64,000 nucleotides of DNA, taken from the NCBI GenBank assembly GCA_021613535.1, contig CP075493.1:14260001-14324000 (forward strand), in the 5' to 3' direction. The notes beneath the pieces were generated by a model. The model ran no database searches. It saw nothing but the letters and a program-made list of their open reading frames with translations, and was not told the origin of the DNA. The position numbers and the translations under genes were made by a program. This document shows positions 1 to 11,218 of the stretch, piece by piece. Every line of letters starts with the position of its first letter. Position 1 is the first letter of the stretch. This DNA comes from Adineta vaga (taxonomy: Eukaryota > Animalia > Rotifera).

Positions 1-1500
1 GTGCTTTGTTGTAGTTTTCAACAGCTCTCGAATGATCACTCATCTTGTGATACACTAAACCGATGTTGTTGTAACTACCGGCTAAGTCTGGATGATCGGA
101 AGGAAGAGACTTCTGTTGAATTTCGAGTGCTTTCTTGTAATTTTCAAGAGCTCTCGAATGATCGCCCATATCATAATACAGTAAACCGATGTTGTTGTAG
201 GTGGCGGCTAAGCTTGAGTGATCGGTAGGAAGAGACTTTTGTTTAATTTCGAGTGCCGTGTTGTAGTTTTCAAGAGCTCTCGAATGATCACTCATGTCAT
301 GATACACTACACCGATGTTGTTGTAACTACTGGCTAAGTCTGGATGATTGGAAGGAAGAGACTTTTGTTTAATTTCGAGTGCTTTGTTGTAGTTTTCAAC
401 AGCTCTCGAATGATCACTCATCTTGTGATACACTAAGCCGATGTTGTTGTAACTACCGGCTAAGTCTGGATGATTGAAAGGAAGAGACTTCTGTTGAATT
501 TCGAGTGCTTTGTTGTAGTTTTCAAGAGCTCGCGAATAATCACTCATGTCATGGTATAGTAAACCGATGTTGTTATAACTACCGGCTAAGTCTGGATGAT
601 CGGAAGGAAGAGACTTCTGTTGAATTTCGAATGCTTTGTTGTAGTTTTCAACAGCTCTCGAATGATCACTCATCTTGTGATACACTGAACCGATGTTGTT
701 GTAACTACTGGCTAAGTCTGGATGATTGGAAGGAAGAGATTTTTGTTTAATCGCGAGCGCCTTGTTGTGGTTTTCAATAGCTCTCGATTGATCTCCCATC
801 TTGTAATACACTAAACCGATGTTGTTGTAACTACTGGCTAAGTCTGGATGATTGGAAGGAAGAGACTTTTGCTTAATTTCTAGTGCTTTGTTGTAGTTTT
901 CAAGAGCTCTCGGATATTCACCCGTACCTTCATACACTGAACCGATATTGTTGTAACTATTGGCGAAGTCTGGGTGATTGAAAGGAAGAGACTCCTGTTG
1001 AATTTCGAGTGCTTTCTTGTAATTTTCGAGAGCTCGCGAATGATCACTCATCTTGTAATATACTAAACCGATGTTGTTGTAACTACTGGCTAAGTCTGGA
1101 TGATTGGAAGGAAGAGACTTCTGTTGAATTTCAAGTGCGTTGTTGTAGCTTTCAAGAGCTCTCGAATAATCACTCATGTCGTAATACACTAAACCGATAT
1201 TGTTGTAACTACCGGCTAAGTCTGGATGATTGGAAGGAAGAGACTTCTGTTGAATTTCAAGTGCGTTGTTGTAGTTTTCAAGAGCTCTCGAATATTCACC
1301 CGTAGCATAATACACTAAACCGATATTGTTGTAACTACTGGCTAAGCTTGAATGATCGGAAGGAAGAGACTTTTGTTTGATTTCGAGTGCTTTGTTGTAG
1401 TTTTCAAGAGCTCTCAAATGATCACCCATCTTGTAATACACTAAACCGATGTTGTTGTAACTACTGGCTAAGTCTGGATGATTGGAAGGAAGATTCTTCT
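1..1500. repeat. 126-bp tandem repeat, about 12 highly similar copies, encoding the TPR array
   Basis: The unit ...aaccgatgttgttgtaactactggctaagtctggatgattggaaggaagagact... recurs every 126 bp. Confidence 0.95.
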
Positions 1501-1692
1501 GATAAATCTCGAGTGATTTGTTATAATTTTCAAGTGCACTCGCATAGTTTTCCATTTTCGCGTATATGGAACCAATGTTACGATAAGTGACTAGTAAACG
1601 GGAACGAATATGTGAAATAAAGTTATTCTGAGTTTGATTGTTTTGGCGACCATTAGTGATGATAGATGAGGTGTGTTTTATCTCTGCATAAA
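1..1692 (-). CDS. TPR tandem-repeat protein (42-aa nephrocystin-3/kinesin-light-chain-type TPRs); large exon, 3' end beyond the window
   Basis: Missing from the ORF track because it has no stop in the window. The reverse strand reads (V)YAEIKH...LLVTYRNIGSIYAKMENYASALENYNKSLEIYQKNLPSNHPDLASSYNNIG and then repeats LEIQQKSLPSxHPDLAxSYNNIGLVYxxMxDxSRAxENYNKA. Acceptor ttttag just above 1692; candidate intron 1693-1920. The upstream exon in the same frame has a TGA at 1964-1966, so the 5' end is uncertain. Confidence 0.9.
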
Positions 1693-2714
1693 CTAAAAAT
1701 ATAGAGCCGAAATAAGTGATCAAAACTCAATAAATGAAGGTGGAGTTTTTAGAAAATGCTTTTCTGATGGATCTCTGCAGTGATGAAGAATTGAGATATA
1801 GGCTTATGTCGATCGAGTGATGTTATCATAATAGAGAACGTTCAGTTTCAGGCATTTATGGTATTATGAGTGTAAGAGTGCTTTTCAATTTGATTATCGA
1901 TTAACACGTTCAGCATGTACCTGAAACGTTGTTTGACCTTGAATCGTGAAGATCAGGAGATGGTCAGGGTGTAGAAGGCATAGTGGAAGATGTAGAATAG
2001 AATGAGTGTATTCCGTGAAATGCTGGTATATCCTTTTTTTTAGGATTTCTACATCGTCTTATAATTATTGAAAATAGGTTATTGTATAATTGAATAATAC
2101 AATTTGTTTTCACGCTGATTCTCAGTATGACATGATGTCTTCTAGCTTGTTTCTCGTGAAAAGTGTGTGAAAAGATCGTTGTTGTTAACAACTTTCTAGA
2201 TATTCTGGAGTGTTTAGAAAGGTTGATTTTTCATAATTGCTTGTAGTCAGAAATTGATAGGGACTTGAACGTATCAGTTAAACAGGGGAAGAATCCATAG
2301 TTTGAGCATTTTTAAAATACAATGTTTGATTAGATGAAAACGGATGGGTAAAAAATTCAATGGATCACAACATCATACGCGTGTGATAGAATATGATCAA
2401 TGATATTAGTTCCAGATTAAATTCAATCTGAAAATCGATTAGAATAGGTTTACTATACTGATAATGCGTTTATATCATTTATTCAGGACTAATCTTCAAA
2501 CAATAATCAAATTCTGCATGGTATTACTGCATCAGAAGATAACTAATTACGATCGACATTTTCTAGTAAATCAGGCATGCGAATTTTAACTAATTATTTT
2601 GGATTAATATAATCGGATTTCTTTCGCTACAGGAAACTCCTTACATAGAATTCAGTCTTTAAAAAAAGCAACTATTTGAAAAACTTGTGAGCTATTTTAG
2701 AGTAACTTAAACGG

Positions 2715-3573
2715 TTAAGTGCACATCCATAGTTCCGTTGCAAACATATGATTGTACTTTTTGTCATCTACGAAATACGTGAAATATGTTGTCTGCCAAC
2801 CCTTGGAGTTATTCGAATATTTATTCTTAGAAAGAAATTTGAGCATGTTTTTACCTTCGAATATTTTCAATTTCTTCTCGGATTGATTCAAGTTCATAGA
2901 ATTTACATGTTGATTTGATTCCATTTCTTTTATTACTTTCATAATTCTAAGATTATCTTCTTCGAAGTGACGAAATTTGATATTACACGACAGAGAGAAA
3001 AATAATAATAATCCATTTATAATAAGACATAATAGAACGAATAGAAAAGAACATTTCTTCAGCAATTTCTTTTTGGAAATGCCCGTTGTTTTGTTATAAC
3101 TATTAGCACCTCGATGAAGTCTCACTAAATTCAAGTTGATATGAAATCAGAATATCGGATGATTCTGTTCGTTTTCTTACATGATTGTGAATGATTCAAT
3201 CGTAAAGGCGGCATAATTTTTGATAGACTATGCATTGATCGATTGAACTGATTCGTACCTTTTTGATACTCTAATCATAGAGACTGTTAACAGTTTATCA
3301 AACAAAATTAATGAATTTACCTCGTAAGAAGTTCACAGCATCAGAACAATGAATCTCATCAAGTGCATTGATAAGATAATTGAAATCTTTATTATTAATT
3401 CTATCTTGATCAATAAGAGATCCAATAAGATTGAGAGTTCCAGAAAGTGTTGGATGATCTTGAATTCTTCGTACATCAACTTTACCAAGATAGAAATGAA
3501 GACGTTTTCGATCATTATCAGTAAGACGATGTCGAAGATTGAAAAGAATAGACTGTAAACGACGATGATCCAT
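2715..3573 (-). CDS. Death effector domain (DED) + single TM + short coiled-coil ectodomain; 3 exons
   Basis: Exon 1 MDHRRLQSILFNLRHRLTDNDRKRLHFYLG...NYLINALDEIHCSDAVNFLR fits the DED pattern. Exon 2 reads EYQKGTNQFNRSMHSLSKIMPPLRL. Exon 3 has basic KKKLLKKC, then hydrophobic SFLFVLLCLIINGLLLFFSL. Clear paralog of the gene at 51040. Confidence 0.75.
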
Positions 3574-4190
3574 GATTCACACTAACCTTGCTATTTGTTG
3601 AAGAATTGTAGTTTTATATTGGAAGAGAATTTAATTTTAGTAAAAGGTTATCTATTTCCCACATCAGCTTCTATCTCCCATCAATCCAATTACCTTCTCA
3701 AATATCAAATTTATTGATTAAAACGAACAAAAGAGCATAAAATAGCTGTTTTTGTTATAAATGTCATCCCAAATACGTGATAAATCACTTTCGATTTTCA
3801 AACCTATAGTTTGTTTTACAGAGAAGATGATAAACACCACTTTTATTAATCTTACTTCGTTGAGTGATAGAAATCTTCTCATCTACCTACATGATATTAT
3901 CGATGATATGTAAATAAAAAGCTTTTCATTATAATTCCATAGCTATAATTACAGCTCAATAGATATTCTAAATTACTTCAAATACAGAACAAATTCAATA
4001 CATTTCTCTATTACTCCTTCTATCGATATCAATAATTCATTATTTCATTCGACGTCAATCAGACACACTTATCCACTATAATAAATAGCGACTTATGTTT
4101 TTCAAACATTTTATTTATAATCTTTTTCGAATAACATATCCCAATGAAGAAGAATGAGAGTATTATATATAGTCCGTGGTTATATTTATA

Positions 4191-7100
4191 TCATTTCATA
4201 AATGAAGAAAATTCCTTTGGAATATCATGTTCATCATTAGCATCGATTTCTGTTGGAATAAATTGCAAATTATTGATATTTTCAATTGGACGTGTTATTG
4301 ATGATGAATGTCGTCGTGGAGTAAATTCAATTGAATCACCTGAATAGAGTGGATAAAATGGTTCAGTAGAATTCATATCTTTATTATCATTGGTTAAACA
4401 ATGAATTTGAGATTTTTTTAAATTTAAATAATATCTTTCATCATCATATGTCCATGTATAAATAATACTCGATGGATTTAATTTATAGATTGTTGGAGAA
4501 TCTATTAGAATTAAATCTATGGAATTATAGGTTATCTGTTGTTTATTATTTAAATAACGATTGATTGTTCCAGATAAGAGAAATACTCTTTGATTTAATT
4601 GAAGTTCAATGAAAAGATCTGATTTCTTCTTATAAAATTTCGATTTTTCATTTAATAACATTTTGAATTGTGAATGAGTTAAATTAATTGATTTTCGAAA
4701 ATGATTCATCATCGTATGAACTGCTATTTCATCATAAATTAAACGAGATAGTTTTTCATCGGATAATAAATCATGTAATATAACTGAATCAATTAAATAT
4801 GTTTCTACAAGTCCACTATTTGCATGATAAGTATCATAAGCTAAAGATTTGTCATTAAATAATGCATCAATTCCTATAATATCTCCACATTTATAATATG
4901 TAGTCATTGTTTTATCTTGACATTGAACAATTCCACGAATAATCCAATAAGCACATGTAACTCGTTGATTTTTTTCTAATAGATTCGTTCCCGGTTGAAA
5001 CCAACGATGTCCTGATTTTAACCGTATTTCCCATTGAAGTTTTTCTATCAAAGAAAGTTCTTGAAAATAAGATAATAAATCCAATGGTTTTTCTAATATT
5101 TTCTTTCGATTTCCAAACATTTGAATATTTCCATATTCAAGATTAAACAATTTCTTTTCAATCAATTCTAATATATGTGAATATTCATTTTCGGCAAGTA
5201 TTCCAGTTTCATACAATTGAATTATTGTAATTGATTCATATTTTAAAAGCATTTGTGCACATCGTCTTGTCATTTGAATAATCCAACATAAACGATATGA
5301 TTGTTTTAAATCCAAAAGAATATACATGGCATTTAATTGATACATTTTCACTTCTTCACATACTTCACTCATAATTCGTTCATTTAGATTACATAGTTCA
5401 GGAAATTGTAATCGAATATTATCCAAACGAGTTTTTGCCGCATGAAAACCTATACAAAAGAAGATATATGTGTATAAATGATAGGATTGTTCTATAAACT
5501 TTATAATTTACTTAAAGTTAATTCAATTGTTTGAAAAATATGATTGAAAAATAATTGATTTGTCCATTGATTAATTAAATGAAAATAATCGAAATGAATT
5601 AAATATTGAAGAAAGAATGTTAATCGAAAATTTTCGAGAATCAATTTCCAATGAAGTCCAAGTGAACATTTTTGTTTAGCTTGTTCAACTGATTTAATTA
5701 GAATATTAAGTGTCTTTCGACGAATCATTCCGAGATACCATTGTTTTTCATAATCAATTGACATAGCAGTTAGAAAACGTATGATCAATTCATTTCGAAT
5801 ATTTTCCTCATGTCGATTATCGGAAGAATAAACAATATCAATGATCGGTACGATTAAGTTTGAACTTGTGGGTAATTCAGGAATATCTCGATGAAAAGAT
5901 TGTTGATTATATATGAAAGAAGTATCATTAGCTGCTGTTGTTGTTGTTGTTGTTGTTGATAATTGTCGATGATAATTTGTACTATTTTCTTCATCTAATT
6001 CTTCTAATAATTTATCGGGTAAATATTCATTTAGATTTCTCCAATCGACATCAGTAAATTTTTCATCTTCTTTCATTTTTAATAATTTCCATGAAGTTTG
6101 TCGTCGGACATGTTCAAGTGCTTGTAAAAGAACAATTTCACTTTCTTTTGTACCTTGAAAAGAAATTTATACTAGAATTTATTGAGAAAATCTATCTATA
6201 CAAGAGAATTACCATGATGTAAACCTAGGATTCGTACTAAATATTTACTACTTGTTCCATTAATAATTAAAGTAAGTAATACAATCATTGATATATGAAA
6301 GAGAAAACGATGACGTGTTATAATATCAATTTTTGTATCTAAACTAACAATTAAGACTAATATAAGTGACATACTACCACGTAAACCACTCCAAATTAAA
6401 ACAATACAATCTTTCCATGATAAACATACACCCGAACATTTTATTAATGGGTATAAGATAACAATTGTCACGATTCGACCAATATGAATCATAATGTAGA
6501 GAATAATTGAAAATCCAAAATCTTTAGCAGAAATATTCGTCGCTGTACCAATAAATGATCTTGCTAAAATAATTCCCGTAACAGTAAATATAAGAATATT
6601 AATGAAATAAGTTGCTATTCTCCAAGCACTTGCCATAGCAGGTTGAACATTACTACTTATACAATATTTATATTTACTCATATATAAACCCATTGTAACA
6701 AGAGTGAGTACAGCTGATACACCTAATTCAACATCCGAAACATAAAATATAAGATAAGCAAGACCAAATGTAAATGTTATTTCAATTTCAAGTTCATTAT
6801 TAATTCGATTGAGTATAAAAACACTTATTATTCCACAAATTAAACCAAATACCGGACCACCTAAAGTCATATTTATATAGATTTTCTAATCAACATAGTT
6901 TATCTTATTTACCAATACTATATTTTACGATATCAACGAGAATTTTTCTTGCACTATGATTTCCATTGACGATAATATCATGAAATATAATAAATATCAC
7001 AAATGCAGAACCATCATTTAATAAAGATTCTGAATCAATTAATGAAGCTAATGATTTACTTGCACCAGAATCATGTAATAAAGCGACAACAGCAATTGGA

Positions 7101-7576
7101 TCTGTTGCACTTAAAATACTTCCAAACATAAGACCTGTTAACCATGACCAATTGTATGAAAAGATATAAATTCCACATACTGCAATGATTCCTGTTGAAA
7201 TCAATACACCAGGACCAGCTAGGAGAATAGCTGGAATTAACTGTTGTTTAATAACATGAAAATGACCATTAAATGATGAATCAAATATTAATAATGGAAG
7301 AAAAATATAATACATTAAATGAGGATTTATTTGACTTAATTGTAGTTCACCATGTAGAAAATTATTATTGATAGAATTCACTTGTGTTGCAATAATATCA
7401 ATGAGAAAGCCAAGTAGAAGAACAGCAACTGTAAATGGGAGTGGGATTTTGTTTTTTAAAAATTTGGAAAAGATAATTTTACATATACATGATGATAATA
7501 CAGAAAATGAAAGAAATAATATAACTGTACTCGTTTTTGATTCACTTTCATACTGATTATGCACTGTTAAATTCAT
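4191..7576 (-). CDS. CPA1 Na+/H+ exchanger of the SOS1/SLC9C clade with a C-terminal cyclic-nucleotide-binding-like domain; 4 exons
   Basis: NHE motifs FLPLLIFDS, ILSATDPIAVVALL, SESLLNDGSA and WSGLRG; CNBD-like YWIIRGIV...GDIIG. Introns 6861-6912, 6154-6212 and 5450-5511 keep the frame. Confidence 0.9.
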
Positions 7577-8338
7577 CTACGAAGTTATTTGAAAGAATAC
7601 AAAAAAAAACTACATACGCGCATAGTCTTTCGATAGACACTTTACTTTAATTATATCGATGGTCGAGAAGAAAGGACGACAGAAACAAAGAATAATGACG
7701 ACCAATAAAATTATATCCAAATTCAAAGATAATAGGCGCTAGTGATCATCTTACGAGCATGAGGATGAGAATATGTGGAGTGTGAATCGGATTCTAGACC
7801 GATAGTGACTTTCAAGTTAGTAATTAAATTTTAAAATAAAACATTTTTTGTATTTCATACAAAGATAGAAAGACTACAAACGCATTAAGTATAATAAATT
7901 ATATAGAACTTATTTCCAAAGAATCTATCTAACTAAGAAAAGAAAAGATTAGTTTGTTATCGAAGTGATTCTTCGATTTGTGCGACATATTCTTTTGATT
8001 ATAGATAAAGCAATCAATCGACAAATAATGACTGAACCACCATAGAAACCATAATGAATGTTGTTAGTCCTTCAATAGTATTATTTTAATCAATATATGA
8101 GTGAATACATGACAAAATAGTCAATGCTTTAAAAGTATCTGTTGAATCAAAAGGCATTAAAATATGCGTTAGATTGATTCATCATGGATCCCTTAAGTGA
8201 AGATCGAACGCATTGTAAATTAACTAGAATTCATTCACTCTCACAACCTACGTTAACCTTTGCAAACATAGTTTATACGTAGAAATTTCATAAAAAATAC
8301 AGAAATTAAGTGTAGAAACTGCTGATTTTGAATGGCTG

Positions 8339-10203
8339 TCAATGCAAACGTAAGATTGACTTCATAATAGGATTAATTTCTTCGTCTCTTGTGGAAACCA
8401 ATTGTTCCTGTAAAAACTTTTGGTAATTTTGTGCTAACATTTGCATTTGAATCGTCTTCTGTATTAGTTGCGAATATTGACGTACTACTTGTTGATAGAT
8501 CGTATATTTTTCCATCATATAGCGAAATAGTAGGTCCGTATAGATCGATTGTGCCTCAAATACCTGTTTACTGTTCTTAAGGATTAACTCTTGGGACGCT
8601 AGAATATCTTCATCGGAGACACTTCTGGTAAACATCAAGATAATCGTCATTAGCTGCATAATAATTGGATCATTGTCAGCAATCTTCTTGATCGAACGCA
8701 ACAGTTGATAGAATTGTAAATATAATTGTTCCCCATAGCAAAACGATGTCAGTTGTTTGCATGCGGCAGCATATTCTTCACTTTCTACTTCTGGATCAAA
8801 TACCAGATCTCTATTTGCATCATAATTCAAACATAAATGCATAAAGAATACTAAAGGAGAATTGTATTTAAATAAGATAAAACGATCATGCTCATGAAGT
8901 GATTCGAACTCAGGAATATTTCGAATAAAAGTCATCAGTTGTATACCCATATCATAAGAAACGGACATTGAATAGAGCAAAGCTGAACGTTGATCGATTA
9001 TCTGATCGAAAGCAGATACATCACGTTTGCCTGTTGTGAGTCGAAAAGCCTTCTCATTGGAAAACTTGACTAAGTTGATACGATCGTAATCGTCATGAGT
9101 AAGAAAAAGACTTTGTATAGGTAACATGGCTTGTTGATCAGTAAACACCTGAGCAATCTGAAGTTGGTCCGTAGTGGAATTCTTAAATAATAAATATAGA
9201 TAATACAAAGAAAATTCGAATCTTTTTTTTAGTGTTTAAATAAAAGTTTTCCGAGGTAGTATTTCTGCTCAAAGATACATCTGTGCAGATTTATGAAAAC
9301 GTATTTTGTTCGTTTGAAAAAAAGTCGGATAGATGATAATACACTTTTCAGACTTTTCTTCTGCAGTCGGAACAGCTCTAAAACAAATCTAGAGTATGTC
9401 GTAAGAAAATGCTCACGTTTTGCGACTCCAATACTGTTATTGATTCGTCCATTAGATATTCATTCTCCTGAGGAGATACATCTGTAAAACTTGTCTGCGT
9501 AAGAGTAGTAGATACATTCTTCGTTGATCGTCTGTTTTCCTCTAGCTGCCGTTGTTTGTTTAACTTTTCTTCGTTCGCAGAAGAATTCCATTTCATACCT
9601 ATGAAATACAGGAAAAGATGCATTTTTATTTGTCCTATCTTTCAATCATAACTGAAATACACGCTTACCGACTGTCAGACATTTTTCTAGTCGACAACGT
9701 CTACATATACGACGTCTATTTGTAAATTTTATATTACATTTGTTAGTATTAGTTAAACATTTTAGATCGTTCTACAAAGAGGAGATATTAAAATCATGAA
9801 GTTTAAAACTGGAAGGCACACGAGAGCACTAACGATTTACCACATTATTAGATGCATTTCGTTGAAAGAAAGATTTACATGAACCACAGGAAATTACTTT
9901 GAAATTGTATCCAGAACATTTATCTTCACATATCATACAAGTCAGATCAGCTTTACGACGTATACATGATACTTTTGTTTCATTTTCATTAGATTCAATG
10001 ATCTGAAAAAATATGATTATGTCATGATTTTCATATAGATGTAGATTTAAAGCACTTACAACATGTCTTGTTAAATCAGCTAATTCTCCAGAATTTGTCG
10101 ACTTTTGAATAATAGAGAGAAGATTTTGTAGTGTCTCATCGTTTCCTGCCATAACAATTATGTTAGTCTTTTGACTTTTGCTAACAGAGTTGTGAACATC
10201 CAT
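8339..10203 (-). CDS. Nuclear hormone receptor (NR1I/J, HR96/VDR-like); multi-exon
   Basis: C4 zinc fingers CMICEDKCSGYNFKVISCGSCKSFFQRNA and CLTNTNKC...CRRCRLEKCLTVGM; LBD signature FIRNIPEFESLHEHDRFILFKYN in ORF 8339-9208. Confidence 0.88.
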
Positions 10204-11218
10204 TTTTTCTTCAAAAATAAAATAATAATTATTTTACAAGTGTAATACGAAAACGATAAAAGAAATTGCATACTTTAATTCATACAAAAATGTGACCTTT
10301 ATTTTTCTGTGTTTACCGACGACAAATAAGAAAAAGAACCATGTTGATGGCTATCATCATTTCTTTGCTGTTCTGTGTGAATATAAAATCTACGACGATT
10401 TAGTGAGTCACTATGCAGATTTCGAGAATATTCTGTAAGACTGAAATCTAAGTAAATTAAAGTAGAAAATTCATGGAACATCCTTCAATAATATATTGAG
10501 ACAGATTAGAAGAAATGAAGAAAGAAAAACCAGTTTGCAGTAAGGCTCACCGTTATAGCCTGCTATCTTAGAGTATATTTGACAATTCATTCAAATTCAC
10601 CTAAATTATTATTCATCTTCGTATCATGTTTGCCCGTATATAGATACTGATAAATGTACTTTTTCCTATTATACGTGTTTGTTGTCGATTGAGATAACTT
10701 TTACAGAAAAGAAAAAGAAAAATAACTGCTATTGGTTGCCTTCGCTGTGCACGTACGCCGCGTACGTATTCTGTGCACGTAGACTGTGCACGAACTTTTC
10801 GTACTAAGATGTTGTATATAAGATGCACAAACAGAATGAAAAAGTACTGAAATTCATTCTATCTGATAAAACAACGAAAAACAATATTATTATCAACAAA
10901 TCTTTGATCAATACAATATCAAGTAAGTTGTGTTTGAAGAATATCTGCAGAATTCTACTTTAAACTTGAATAATCTTGTAAATACATGAAAATGAGTTAG
11001 CATAAAGTATGTCAGACACTCTATTCAATTAGAAAAATCTTTATTTCTATGCTGGTCGATCAGATTTTTTTATGACCAAGGAGAAATGATTGTTCTAGTT
11101 TCGCCAAGAGTGATTCTATCGATGAACTGTACCTTTGATAAAGTAGTATGCATAAGGATTGCGTTGTTTATTTATTTATTTTTATTTAGATTCAGTTCTT
11201 ATAACATAAATAATCGTT

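Noticed and set aside
1-1590. Cys-rich plus-strand ORFs, or a CRISPR-like reading of the 126-bp repeat
   Set aside because: The ORFs are antisense shadows of the minus-strand TPR frame, and there are no unique spacers or cas genes.
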